Shown piece after piece: positions 12,729-26,672 of a stretch of 64,000 nt of DNA; position 1 is the stretch's first letter, and every line of letters starts with the position of its first letter. The DNA is from Azolla caroliniana (lineage: Eukaryota; Plantae; Polypodiophyta), in assembly GCA_043228905.1 (NCBI GenBank), contig JBHGNT010000002.1, positions 22,134,001 to 22,198,000 of the forward strand, written 5' to 3'. Below the pieces are notes generated by a model, which worked only from the letters and a program-made list of their open reading frames with translations, ran no database searches and had not been told where the DNA came from. Position numbers and translations under genes: made by a program.

Positions 12729-15700
12729 ATGCCAATGGCTATGGCATCTCAAGCTTCTTCTGCTACCTGTACACAATATCTTTTCTCCTCTCGTCAGAGC
12801 CATTTAGCTTCTTCAAAAACGAAGCAGAACCTATCCACATATAAGAACTCATCTTCTTTGCGTTGCGAAAACATAGGGGATGGCAGAAAGCTTGCTTCTT
12901 TCATTGGTATGTGGGAATCTCCTTTATGCATATTTACATAAATGTACTGTCTTTCTTCATATGAATGTTCATATGCACATGACGCCTTTCTGTACATGTA
13001 TACACAATCTTCTTTATCTGTATATGTACAAACTTCATCACCTATTTATAGTTTCATGTGTATGTATGTCTTCTTTATTCCATGTGTTTGTCTTTTTATC
13101 TATATCTATGCACATATGCACGTTTCTCATGCACATATCTTTTGTTATAATTCTTTGTGATATATATGTACCAATATTCAATGTTGGAAGTTACAGGTTT
13201 GGTCTCAAAACCACTGCATTGCAGAAGGAAAGTAATAATGATTCCTGATGCTATTGTTACTGGAAGTGAGAAGGTATAACTCGTTATTCTTTCACACATG
13301 AAATTTAAAGGGATATTCTTCTGTTCATTGTGAAATGCATTTTTATGGTATAAATTCATTCATATTGTCAATCTAAATAGAATTTTAAGCAAGGGCACTT
13401 ATGTATTAGTTCATCATAACCTAGATCGTATCATTACCTCAGAATCGAGCACAAGATGCTTCTCCCTGGTTTATATTTATTGTGTATTTATCTTCTGCAT
13501 TGCTTGTATCAATTGTCCCTATATTATTGTAATTTGAACGCAGCTTAGTTACATAATGTATATCTAAGGCACAGTTTGATCTTGCTTTATTTTACTGCAC
13601 TACTCCAAGTTTTTTTGTTTAGAGATGCTAAAATAGACTTCTTTTGTCTTTCTCTCTCCTTGGAGACATCTTTGTCGGAGATCTTTAGAAGGCAGAGTTT
13701 TTTGTCCATTAAGGCTCAAAATGTTAAGTGCTTAGCTAACGAGTTATCTGGTACCCAGACAGTTTTATTAATTTTGTTATATCTATTTTAGTTTGTGGTG
13801 ATGATACAACATGTCAAGATATAATCTTTCATTCAATCTAACAGGCCTTTTTTCCCGCTTAAAACATCTTATTTCAAGATATAATCTCTCATTCAATCTC
13901 ATTGGCAATATAATCTTTCATTCAATCTAATAGGCCTTTTTCCCTCTTAAAACATCTTATTTGAAGATATAATCTCACATTCAATCTCATTGCTCATTTT
14001 GGCATCTTAAACATATTCATTCATTTATTTATTCTCTATGGATTTATAATGATATACTATGGATTTACACCATATCTACATACATCATCAAGTATTTTAC
14101 ACAGAATGTACATGCCATATACACATACTATTCAAGTTTATACTATGCAAATGTACACATTTTCTCCTACAACATGAAAACACAGTGAATCAATGTATGT
14201 TGCCTTGGTGTAAGATAACTGAACAATGTTATTGCATGGTTTTTGAATTGTCTCTGCAATTATCGGTAAATGAGTCCTGCTCATCTTTTCATGTAATATT
14301 TATGAACATGATTTCTTGGTGTTATCAGAGTGTTGAAGCTGTTCCGAAGCTCATGTGCAACAATCAAGTAGTCCATTACTTTAGGACACCATTCCTTTCA
14401 GAAAGTTCAGTTGTTGAACTACTAAAACAAGTATTTTTTTGGTTGATGTTAAATACATTCTGTACAGATTTGCAGAGAATTTAATGTCTCACTCCATTGA
14501 TCTGCTATTTCTCAGGCACAAGAAAAAATCTCTCTTCATATTCACTCAATAGAAACAGAACAGGTAAATATAATTTATTTACTCCATCATAGTCTCTCTA
14601 GTATTTCTATATCATGTGATTGTTGTCAAATTTGCTCGCGTAGTGTTTCAATGTTGGCCTTAGCTCAGATATTCCTATGAAAAAGCTGGAGGTTCTAAAA
14701 TGGTTGTTGAGAGAAACGTTTGAGCCTGATCGATTGCAAAGTGCAAGTATCTTGGAAAAACATAAATCCGCTGGTAAAATTTACTAATTTCTAGACACAA
14801 ATATTTCTATATTTTATCACCTGTTATGATTTTGTTTTTCATTCACAAATATTATTTGTGATGTATTATGTGCTGTTAGGTGGGGGGCCGATGGATGGTT
14901 CTGTGTCTTATGTAGTTGAAGTGGGTCCTCGCCTCTCTTTTACTACTGCATGGTCTGCAAATGCTGTCTCAATATGCAAAGCATGTGGCCTGAATGAGGT
15001 GTATCGTATTGAACGCTCACGTCGATATAAGCTATTGGTTGATGGTGATGAAGCACCTCTGGATTCAAGTCAACTTGATCAATTTGCTTCGTTGGTGAGA
15101 TTTTGACTTATTATCAAACCTCACATACCTCTTAACTTTTCAATCATGTGGAGACACCTGATGTTATTAAATTTAACCATCATTGTACAGGTGCATGATA
15201 GGATGACAGAGTGTGTTTATGCATCAAAGCTTACATCTTTTGAAACAAGTGCCATACCAGAACCAGTTTATCAAGTACCAGTCATGAAGGTAATTCGAGC
15301 ATAAGTGATTGTGAAAAGATATGACTAATATGATTAATCATTTTTAACTATCTGAATTCTTAATGTTGAGTTGCTTTCTTGCTCATTCAAGAGGGGAAGA
15401 AAAGCTCTGGAGGAAATCAATAAAGAACTAGGTCTTGCTTTTGATGAATTTGACCTTGAGGTAATAAACATTTGAAAGACCCACTTTATTTAACTATGAT
15501 GGCAATGTTCAGAGACATTACATGCTAGAAATGCCATGGACATGTAGTAAACATTGACTGTTGGTACATTTAGACAGGAAAAGAGAACTATTTAGATTTA
15601 TGCTATATTGAATGCATGTAGTTATCATCTTAATTTCACTGGCCAAAGTCATGTAAATAAGTAAACTAATTAAATTTCTGTTTATGATCTGCATTTACCT

Positions 15701-18700
15701 ATAAACATACTAGTTTCCAATCCTTATTATTTTTTCTATCATTTTTCATATGTTGCATAGCAGCTAATTTTTACTCATGGTTCTACATTTATGCAGTACT
15801 ATACTGACCTATTCTGTAATGACATCAAACGTGACCCCACAAATGTTGAGTTATTTGACATAGCTCAATCTAACAGTGAACATAGCAGACATTGGTTCTT
15901 TAAGGTAGCCGTGTACTTGACAATATGAGTTCTACCACAAAATCCTTCTTTGTACATTCATGCATGATACATTTTTTTGTTATTGCTACCAGGGTGAACT
16001 TGTTATTGATGGAAAAGTTGTTCCGAATTCACTAATGGACCTTGTTAAAGACACACTCAGAGCAAATCCAGCAAATTCTGTGATAGGGTTTAATGATAAC
16101 TCAAGGTATGATGTAAGTTTGTGAGTTGATGATATAATAATGATGGGGTATTGAATCACAGATTTTATGCAAATTCTTGTAGTGCCATAAAAGGTTTCAC
16201 AGTGGAATTATTGCGTCCAACAAATCCTGGTTTTCCCTCTTCTCTTGAGACGTGTATTCGTGATCTTGACATCTTATTCACTGCTGAAACACATAATTTT
16301 CCTTGTGCAGTATGTGCTTCTAGTTTCTCTCACATAAGGTTGAGTTATTTTACAAGATCCTTGCTTCGATATTTCATGCCCTTTTGCTTTCTATAAATAT
16401 AGGTCGCACCCTTCCCTGGTGCTGAAACAGGTGCTGGAGGGCGGATAAGAGACACTCATGCCACAGGCACTGGGTCTTTAGTAGTGGCATCAACTGCTGG
16501 ATATTGTGTTGGAAATCTTCAGGTAAAGATCAAAATGTTGTCCCAGTATGTTTTTCTGAAACTGCCTTGAAATTTTGAAACTAAAATAAAAGCTATTGAA
16601 GTATAACTTATTCTGAATATCCTGTGTAGCTTGATGATACTTTCAGTCCATGGGAAAATTCAAGCTTTGTCTACCCACAGAACTTAGCTTCTCCACTTCA
16701 GGTGTGAGTGGTTTATATGTTTGCATCTTAAACCGAATGCTGATTTTGGTCATGCTATGCATGTAGACTTTTATAGTTTTTTACTCTTAAGAGGCATTCA
16801 CTCTAAAACAAAAGAGTACATTTGTGTGTGATTCCTTGCTACTGATTTAGAAGACTGTTTCAGCAAAGCCAGTGTTAAACCCTACATAAGATTTTCAAGA
16901 AAATGATGTTTTTCTACAGATTCTGATTGATGCAAGTAATGGTGCTTCTGACTATGGTAATAAATTTGGTGAACCATTGATTCAGGTTAGTGAACCATTA
17001 ATAGAAGCATCAACAATATATATGGCAGTATGCAAGTTGTGTCCATAAATGTTAGGCTTTTAAGTAAACAATATATTTTAGGGCTTCACAAGAACTTTTG
17101 GGATGAGATTGCCAAATGGAGAACGCCGAGAATGGGTCAAACCAATCATGTTCAGTGCAGGCATTGGGCAGGTGTCCAACGTGTGCCTCTTTTCAGTTTA
17201 ACCTGCACATACATTTCAGAATTTCATTCTAATCAATTTCAAGTTTTAACATTTTCCAGATTGACCATGAACATGTGAAGAAAGGAGAACCTGAGTTGGG
17301 TATGCTTGTAGTAAAGGTTTGAACATGCATGCGTTTTTCCTCATGGTTATTCTTTGAGATTCATGAGGAAATATGAATCCTTTACAAATGAACAGATTGG
17401 GGGCCCAGCGTACCGAATTGGCATGGGAGGAGGGGCAGCATCTAGTATGGTCAGTGTTGATTAGATTATATGCACTCTAGGCTCGTTTACATTATTTTTT
17501 GTAGCACATATTTGCAGATTTCATGTTTTTACAATACTGCAGCAGCCTTGTAGAGTGTAAAATTTGGCACACATTTCATGTTTTGTAAATGAGAATGGGG
17601 TATCTAGATAATCTTTTTGTACTGGTTGTGTGTGTGATTCACTAGCTATAAATTTTTTGACTTTGATAAACTTTTGATTGTCTCTGTATGGAGCACAAAT
17701 TTTGCCTCTTGTTGATATCAATGAACTCAAAATGCACATGAACTTCTGGATAATTCTGGATAAATGTTCATTTTTGCATGCATCTAAATTCTATCTCTCA
17801 TGCTAATCATTGTTATCTTTCAGGTAAGTGGTCAGAATGATGCGCAGTTAGATTTTAATGCAGTTCAGAGAGGAGATGCGGAGATGGCTCAAAAACTGTA
17901 CCGAGTCATAAGGGCATGTGTAGAGATGGGCAAAGATAATCCAATAATAAGCATTCATGATCAAGGTGCAGGAGGGAACTGCAATGTTGTTAAGGAGATC
18001 ATTTACCCCATGGTGAGTATACAATAGGAGCACAGTTCAAACAGTTTTAGAACAATTGCTGGTTTAATAGTATTTTGGTAATGAATGTGAAGGGTGCAGA
18101 AATAGATATAAGATCTATCGTGGTTGGGGACAATACACTCTCAGTTTTGGAGATATGGGGTGCTGAATATCAAGAGCAGGTTGATGATTATTGCTTTTTA
18201 AGTAGAGTTTCTGCTATAGAAAATTTGACAAGCCTTCATTCACATGCAATTTGTTTGGATTTTTGTTTTCACTATAGGATGCACTTCTTATCAAACCAGA
18301 GAATGAGAAGCGTCTTCGGTCAATATGTGACCGGGAGCGAGTTTCTATGGCTGTGATAGGACAGATAAGGTTATTTTTTTCTACTTTCCAGATGCTGTAC
18401 TAAAAAATGTTTTCACTACCTGACTAGTTTGTTTTGGCAGTGGGGATGGAAAGATTATTTTAGTAGACTCTTTGGCAATTGCTGATGCTGCAGAAAGAGG
18501 CCTTCCTCCACCTATTCCTTCTGTAGATCTTCACCTTGAAAAAGTATGCAGCTTATAAAATAACTTTGATACCTAGCACAAAGTAAAGGCTAGATTCTTT
18601 TGAACCACCTTTTTTATGCTGATCTATATCCCTGATGATTTAAATATGTTTGGTATATGTATAAATTTTTTGTAGAGATACATTAGTCCATGAGGATTTA

Positions 18701-21700
18701 TGGTACATTAACTCTGTTTGTATTATTTTATTTTTTGGATCAGATTCTTGGTGATATGCCAAGGAAGAGATTTGAATTTGTGCGAAGGCCACCTATGTGT
18801 GAGCCTTTGGACCTTGCACCTGATGTTACAATTATGGATGCTTTAAAGCGAGTGTTACACCTTCCCTCAGTTTGTTCAAAACGCTTCTTAACAACAAAGG
18901 TATATTTTCATGATGAATTTGCTTCACAGTAAAATGCAACGTATTGTGGCTTTGGATATTGGTGCATTCCCTGGTTATTTCATATTTTGTATCATGTGTA
19001 GGTTGACCGATGTGTAACTGGGCTGGTTGCACAACAGCAAACCGTTGGTCCGCTTCAGTTACCATTGTCAAATGTTGCAGTAATTGCCCAGGTTTGAAAT
19101 GTGTTTCCATAATCTGAATCTTTATTTTTCATTTTAGATGTGATTCCTCTCTACCTCTGAAGGATGTTGTGACATTTGTTTATCTTCTTTGTCCTGAATG
19201 AACTTATATAATTCGTATTTCTCTTTAGTGTGTTGTATTCTGCCTATATCCAATGTCAATGTCAAAGTAATTGTTGAAAACTGGAGATTTCTAGAGTTTC
19301 ATTCTCTATGGCTGCCGTTCAGCTGGACAGGCAGGCTTGCGGAAGGGGTTCAGAACTTTGGATCACATATTGACCCGCCGGGCCTTTATCGAGGAGGGTA
19401 GAGCCCATAATAAGAGGATTTATTGCTGCTTTGTGGATTTCCGAAAAGCCTTTGACACTGCCATGTGCTTGGCTTATGCAACGGCTAGAAGCCCTTGGTG
19501 TTCCTACAGATATGCGATGGGGAATCTATGAACTCTATGAATACGTGTCAAGAAAAGTGCGTTCTTCGAAGGTTTTGTCTGAGGTGATGGCTAGCACAAT
19601 CGGAGTGAAGCAAGGATGCCTACTATCACCCATTCTCTTCAGTCTCTATATAGATGAGGTATTGCATTACATAGAGAGGTTCGGGGTTCGTGAGCATGCC
19701 TAGCTCCTACGCATACCTAGGAATAATATTTACAGGGCCTAGGTCCTCTATATGGGAGGTTGCTTGTGCCCAACTTTCTCGTGGATATGTAGCCCTTGGT
19801 GCTCTTGAAAGACAAGGTGCATATTTGCACCTCCAAGAGCCACGAACTAATCTGTGATTATTTGATACACTTGTTACACCTACTCTTCTCTATGGTGTAA
19901 AAACATGGAGACCAAGTCTTAACAAGGCAAATCATTGGAAAGATTTAGAGAGACCTTTAGTGTCAATGATTGCTTGCATGATAAGGAGCAAAGCAACGGT
20001 GCCCCATGATATAATCTGGGCAGAGATGGGAGTAGCCCCAGTAATCACTGAGGCATTGTTCCGATTAGTGACCTGTATCCAATGTCTTTGGGAGCTTCCT
20101 AAATGAACGTACCAAGGTTGGCACTTACGTCATTGAGACAACTGGCTGAAAATGGAGACATCCATTGTTGTTATGCTGAAATGCAACAATGGTTTGAATC
20201 ACACGGCATAAACATAAATGCACTACTCCCGTTCCAATATAGCTTGGTCTTTCATCTAAACATGACCAAAGTGATAAAGAATAGAGTGATTTAAATTGAT
20301 ATTATTAACTTGGAAAACAAGATAACATGGATCGGCCCCAAAATTTCACTTGGTACGAAGATAGCCCACTACAAGACACACTTCTTACACACATCAGAGG
20401 ATGGATTCATCGTCAGGCCACCTTATATGGACGTACATCTATCCTATGCGCTATGTAGTGTGATAGGGCAGTTGCAAACTTCATCACATCAATTAGAGAT
20501 TGTGGTAGGCAGATATACACGAATTCCTCTAGAAGAAAGAATTTGCCAATTGTGTCATTAAGGAATGGAATCTGAAGAACACTATGTTTGTCACTGTAGT
20601 GTCTTTTATGAAATAAGAGGGAGATACCACTGCCTCTTTAAACAAGGATTTGGCCCACTACGCAAGGTAATGTAATATGAGGACCAAAGGTGCCTAAGGC
20701 TTTTCTTGCTAGAACTCAAGAGACATAGGGAAAAGTTGTTCGAGGACAATAGTACAACCACACAAGCTCATCCACAAAGAACAATCACAACTTTCTTTAG
20801 CCCCATCACTACTAATGGGCTACACAAATGGGCTCCTGACTAGGACATAACAAAGGGGTTACAATAGATTTGGCAATAACAATTTGTTGTGCACGTAGGC
20901 CTTGGCCCCATAGACCACACGACCTCACCACCCCCCACCCTTTTCATTGACAGATAAAGGCCATTATTTCCCGCCATCACAGGTTCTTCCCTTGCTTCAG
21001 GGACCTCTCCATTTTGGATTGACCTATGCTAGAGATCTTTCAAAGAAAAAAGTTATTATATATCTAACTTGAGAATCTTACATGTGGTATTTACCTTTAT
21101 ATTTACTTAGTAATATTTATTTTATTTTGATTTGTTCTCAAAGATGAGACAACAATTAAGATGTAATCTCTTGTTTGGTCTTATAGGCCATTTTGGCCTC
21201 TTAAAAGATGCTCATATATATCTGTCTTTCTTTCTATTGTAAATGGACATGCATTTTAAATTCGAGGCATATTTCTGTAGTTATGGTTTGAAGTGGAATG
21301 ACTTTTTGAAGTTATCTTACTTTAAGTAAGCCCTTAGGAATTGATAAAACTGATAAATGGTCTATTTTGCAGACATATAAGGGTCTAACTGGTGGTGCTT
21401 GTGCTATTGGTGAACAGCCTATCAAGGTTCTCATCTTCTTGTATGGTGTTTATTGTACGTTAACTCGATTTATAACTGTAACATTTGTTGGGTGTATTTT
21501 GTGAATAGGGTCTGTTAGATCCCAGCGCAATGGCAAGGCTGGCAATAGGTGAAGCCCTGACCAATCTTGTATGGGCAAAGGTAAATAACTGGGGCATTAT
21601 ATCAGGTCTACATGTTAAATGAAATTTATAGAGCTAATTAGTTTTATTATTACAGATAACTGCACTTGAAGATGTTAAGGCTAGTGGAAATTGGATGTAT

Positions 21701-24073
21701 GCTGCCAAAGTGGATGGTGAGGGTGCTTCTATGTATGATGCTGCAGTTGCCCTTCGGGATGCCATGATTGAGCTTAAAGTAGCTATAGATGGAGGAAAAG
21801 ATAGTCTATCTATGGCTGCCCAGGCAGGTGGAGAATTGGTAAAAGCACCAGGTGACTTAGTTATAAGTGTATATGCGACGTGCCCTGATATCACTAAGAC
21901 AGTAACACCTGATTTGAAGGTTAGCATTGGGAAATCTTAAAATGTGTCAGATATAATTTGTCCATCAAACTAACATAATATTCATTTGCTTCATTTTATA
22001 GCTTGGGGATGGGGGAGTTATTTTGTTCATAGATCTAGCCAAAGGAAAGCGTCGTCTCGGAGGTTCTGCCTTTGCACAAGTTTTTGATCAGGTACATGAT
22101 AGCACGTGCTTTCATTTGAAAAGTTGCTCATTGTAAACTAACTATAGCTTGATACATGGTTCTGCAGATAGGCAATGTTTGCCCAGATATAGATGATGTA
22201 CCTTACCTTGGCAAAGTCTTCTCAGTGGTACAGGTAACACGCATTTTGTTTCACCTATAGATAGACCAAGATTACGTGGCAGATGCATTACCTTGATATG
22301 CTTGTCTTTTAGGGGCTTCTTGATAAAAGAGTAATTTCAGCTGGACATGATATAAGCGATGGGGGTATAGTTGTTGCATTGTTAGAAATGGCATTTTCTG
22401 GAAACTGTGGGCTGAGAGTATGTTTGCCTGCACCTGTTGATGGCCAACCTTCTGATATTTCCCTATTCGAGGCATTGTTTTCAGAGGAGCTAGGTCTTCT
22501 TCTTGAGGTTCAGATCTGGAAGTGCTTATATTGCTGTCTTGTTCTTGTTGTATCCTCTAATGCTGAATGTTATAATGATGAGGGATATATGTATGCATGT
22601 TTGCGTTTAGGTTGATCAGAGATTACAGGATCAAGTCATTACTGAACTTGTGGCAGCTGGAGTTTCTGCATCTGTGATTGGCAGTGTTACATCTACACCA
22701 GTCATTAGTATTTCAGTTGATGGTCATGAATGTGTAAAAGGCTCAACCATGGAGCTCAGGGACATGTGGGAAGAAACAAGTTTTAATCTGGAGATGTTGC
22801 AAAGGTTGAACTCATGTGTTGAAGCAGAAAAAGAGGGTTTGAAATACAGGACTACACCTCAATGGAAATTGCCATTTATTCCTACACAGACAGCTGAGAA
22901 ATTCTTAGTTTCTGAAGTCAAACCAAAAGTGGCTATTATTAGAGAAGAAGGTAGCAATAGTGATCGTGAGATGTCAGCAATGGTACATGCTGCTGGTTTT
23001 GAGCCTTGGGACATCAGTATGTCAGATATACTATCAGAAAAGATTAGTTTGGAAAAGTTCAGAGGAGTGGTCTTTGTTGGGGGTTTTAGCTACGCTGATG
23101 TGCTGGATTCTGGCAAAGGCTGGGCAGCAAGCATTAGATTCAATGATGCTCTCTTAAAACAGGTATTGGAACACCTTTCTTTCAAGTAAATGTTTGTTGG
23201 ATTCTCTTTAAAAAGTATGTTTCTCATAAGCTTAATTTTGTGTACAAAACTTGGACATCATGGTAAGTATTCAAAACTTAGAGGGGTATTTTGGTAAGAA
23301 AGACTGCCGTTTTTGGATATTTATGATAGCACTCCCAAATTTAAAATAATTACTGGAATACCCCTTTAGCTCAAAATTGATTACAGAGGCACTTGTTCAA
23401 ATTTAAGAACTTACGGTTATAGTAAATGGGTAACAAATCCAGGGTATTCTGGTGTTTTTCCCTTTGATGTATGCTCATGTCAATTGAGACACTGGTTTTC
23501 CTTCCATGAACGTAGTTTGAAGACTTCTACGAACGACCTGATACATTCAGCCTCGGTGTCTGTAATGGCTGCCAATTGATGGCCCTTCTGGGGTGGATTC
23601 CTGGCATCGGTACAGATGATATATCACAACCACGATTCATTCACAATGAATCAGGACGCTTCGAATGTCGATTCAGCTCTGTAACAATACAAAAATCTCC
23701 TGCGATAATGTTTGAAGGCATGGATGGGTTGACTACTGGCATTTGGATAGCTCATGGGGAAGGGAGAGCCCTTTTCCCGGATGAGGGTGTGTTGGAGAGA
23801 GTAATTAAATCAGAGTTGGCACCACTGAGGTATTGTAATGATAATGGTGATGTGACTGAGGCGTATCCATTCAATCCCAATGGATCACCTTTGGGGATTG
23901 CTGCTTTATGTTCCCCGGATGGTAGGCACTTGGCAATGATGCCGCATCCTGAGAGATGTTTCCTCATGTGGCAATACCCTTGGTATCCAAAGGAATGGGA
24001 GTCTCTGGATGTGAGTCCGTGGCTTCGAATGTTCCAGAATGCTCGAGAGTGGTGTGAACGAGAGGAGAGGTAA
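12729..24073 (+). CDS. PUR4: Phosphoribosylformylglycinamidine (FGAM) synthase, large PurL type, with N-terminal organellar transit peptide; ~1430 aa; 31 coding exons: 12729-12906, 13197-13273, 14329-14430, 14516-14563, 14644-14773, 14880-15094, 15191-15289, 15392-15460, 15797-15904, 15993-16105, 16183-16309, 16403-16522, 16630-16701, 16920-16985, 17082-17171, 17260-17316, 17396-17449, 17824-18012, 18093-18179, 18278-18369, 18441-18543, 18744-18899, 19002-19091, 21373-21426, 21509-21580, 21656-21919, 22002-22091, 22168-22233, 22313-22507, 22611-23162, 23516-24073
   Basis: Diagnostic motifs VEVGPRLSFTTAWS, AQSNSEHSRH, AETHNFP, GAETGAGGRIRD, SIHDQGAGG, GGKDSLSM, GHDISDGG, GGFSYADVL, glutaminase GVCNGCQ and MPHPER. 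All 30 introns are GT-AG and the spliced length of 4293 nt stays in frame. Confidence 0.95.
13818..13992. repeat. Intronic tandem duplication, period ~88 bp, with internal atataatct.tcattcaatct subrepeats
   Basis: Direct reading in PurL intron 2. Confidence 0.8.
19325..21230 (+). mobile_element. 5'-truncated, internally deleted non-LTR retrotransposon (LINE, probably RTE-X-like) in PurL intron 23
   Basis: RT motifs GQAGLRKG..DHI, FVDFRKAFD, GVKQGCLLSPILFSLYIDE, YLGIIF, LFDTLVTPTLLYGV..W; C-terminal LEIVVGRYTRIPLEERICQLCH..ESEEHYVCHC. Many stops and frameshifts. The 3' boundary is approximate. Confidence 0.85.
23260..23463. mobile_element. Degenerate relative of the Mutator-like MITE, in PurL intron 30
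   Basis: agggtattctggtgtttttccc (23441-23462) resembles the MITE right TIR end ggggtatcctggtgcttttccc. gaggggtattttggtaa subrepeats are also shared. Confidence 0.55.
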
Positions 24074-24624
24074 AACACTATTATTACCCAAGGTATGGAG
24101 AAATCATTTCTTCTATGAAGTACCACTTTATTTGCTATCTTTGTTCTTTTGCTGGTTATGTCTTCTGGTTGGAACATGACTTTTTTCGAATTTTAATTGG
24201 GTAATCCATAGAGTGAGTTTGTATTTCTTCTATTGAGGAATTAAAATTCACATCCAGAAAAATCTGGGTGTAATCATGCTAGTAAAAGAGTGGCACTAGC
24301 ATATGATTGAGAGAAAATTGAAAGACAAAGAAGTCTGCCTACACAACTATGTATTTTGATGATCAAAAGTGCACTACACAATAATAAGGTGGTTTCTTGT
24401 AAAACCTCAGTTACATAATATACTAAAGCTATCACCTTAGGAGTTTTGAGAGAAGCATCATTTCATCAAAGGAAGTGAAAAATGCTTTGTTAACCTAATC
24501 ACGTCGTTTTGCTTTAGAGAAATTTGAGAATCTTACAGAATCAATACATATTGTCAGCGAGAATGTAACTAAGATAAATGAATGTTGATGATATTTCTAT
24601 TTCATACCATACAATCTCACTATC

Positions 24625-25079
24625 TTTCTAGTATTTTGCATTTGAATTACCTTAATATCAACTTCATTCAAAATCATCAGTATCTCCTTGTTAGTATTGA
24701 TGATGCATATATATGATTTTCTTTAGACTGTTTTGGGTTGTTAAAGTTCATAGGTATCACTTGTCAAGTTGGAAGTTCACTCGTGAGCACAAGTGTAGTG
24801 CTTGTCCATCAACCACTATCAGAGATGGAGTAGAGCAATTGCTTGTCCGATCCAAATAGGCATTGGTTGACAACAAAGGTTTCTGCTAATGTATGTTTCT
24901 AGTATTTTGCATTTGAATGACCTTAATATCTCCTTGTTAGTATTGATGATGTATGAATATGTCTTTCTTTAGACTGTTTTGGCTCGCTAAATCTCATAGA
25001 TATCCATTGTCAAATTGGAAGTTCTCTTGTGAGTGCAAGCATAGTGCATGTCCATCAACCACTATCAGAGATGGAGTAG
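24625..25079. repeat. Imperfect direct repeat (~200 bp; copies at ~24625-24832 and ~24896-25079)
   Basis: tttctagtattttgcatttgaat.accttaatatc...tgtccatcaaccactatcagagatggagtag occurs twice. Confidence 0.85.
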
Positions 25080-26672
25080 TAACTTGTTTGATGAAAGGCC
25101 TACCCTATTCACCAACTCAATTGCGTGGCTGAGCATGTACCAAAATCTCGTATGGAAAGTGCACCACTGAAAGTTCTCATATTGTTGTATACTAGCTTTG
25201 ATCCATTTTGTAGGACCTTCAAGAATGCCTCTCATTTTCTAAAATGCATAATACAAACCACATCCACGGGCAAGCCCAAGCCCAAGCTTATTTTCGTTTA
25301 TGAAACTCTAGATGCAATTCATGCTCTTTCCATGTTAGAAAATCACTAAAGAACCATGCCTTAAGAAAATGGACAAAAACATCCATTGCACAACATTTTA
25401 TTGCATCCAAGGCTATCCAAATATACTCTTGTGCACATGTAGCCCTATCCCAAGTACGGTAAGAAATCATACTCATATAGAATGGGACTTGATTAGAGTG
25501 ATGGATGAAATAATTATCTATCCAAGTTGGATGGATTTGCTTGATGGCTAGGTTGACTTGTTTGACATCGGTTTGCTATAAAACTTCCATAGCAACCTAG
25601 AAAAACCTATCTTCAAAGCATGATGCATGCGTTAAATTTCATAGCAAACACGGAACTTCATGGTTACACATTTTTAAATGTGCATGTTTCTATGTAGTGA
25701 TTGGATTTTTGGGTGATGTTAATAGGTCAACAATTTTTAAGCTTGCATCAATGAAAAAAGTTAATTCTTCACAATTGGTTTGATTGCTCATGCAATGAAT
25801 CATATTAAGAATATAAGTTAGAAAACAACAACCCAATCCAAATTTCTTGTAAAAAGATATAATTGAACAAGCTACCTTGTAAATAACTTGCAGGCCTTGT
25901 ATAGAAAATCAAGCCATAGGGCTGAGAAATGAATATTGTTATGTAGTTTGAACACTTGACAAACATTGGGTGTCAAATGTAGAACACTTGAAAAATTGGT
26001 TCAACCACACCATTCCAGATGTAAAACCAATATTTTGAAAAACATGGGGCTCAAATAAAATATGATAGTCATCCATGGACAAGATTTATTAGGTGGAGCA
26101 ACTCATGCAAATTTGCCAATGTAGCATTGTGAAAATATAAGCAAACAATATAAGGGATTTTGGTATCCAAACCTGGATAGTGATGGATTAAATGAAATTG
26201 AAAATTTATGTATGTAGCTAGGTTTTGTCAACTTGGTTGGAGCTCCCTTTATAAACTAAATAGCATGTAGTTCAAAATGTGTGCATACATTATCATACAA
26301 AAGTATTAAACTCTTCCTTGTACATTATCATACAAATTGAAAGGTTTATGGTGTCTTCCTCCTAGATTATCATTTACTAAAAGAAAGATTATTATTTCTG
26401 CATGGTACAACATTATTTGTTTCGATATGGCCAATGTTCCATTTGCATCGTTGAATCCTTTTTGGATTGCGACTCCATTGAATCATTGTTGTTGCGAAGA
26501 TGCATGTGTGTGAAATGGGAGTGGGACTATTGGGGATTTGAACCAATGCATAGAGCTAAGATTCACATTTTAAATTCCATCATGCTCCTCATGGATCATT
26601 ATGAGCCCTTTAGCATGAAGCTCTAGAGTCCTTTCTTCAAATTGAAGGCAATTTCACGTATCTTCCTGCTCT

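Noticed and set aside
26519-26590. Possible tRNA/SINE relic with a B-box-like ggttcaaatcc on the minus strand
   Set aside because: No convincing A box or spacing; may be chance.
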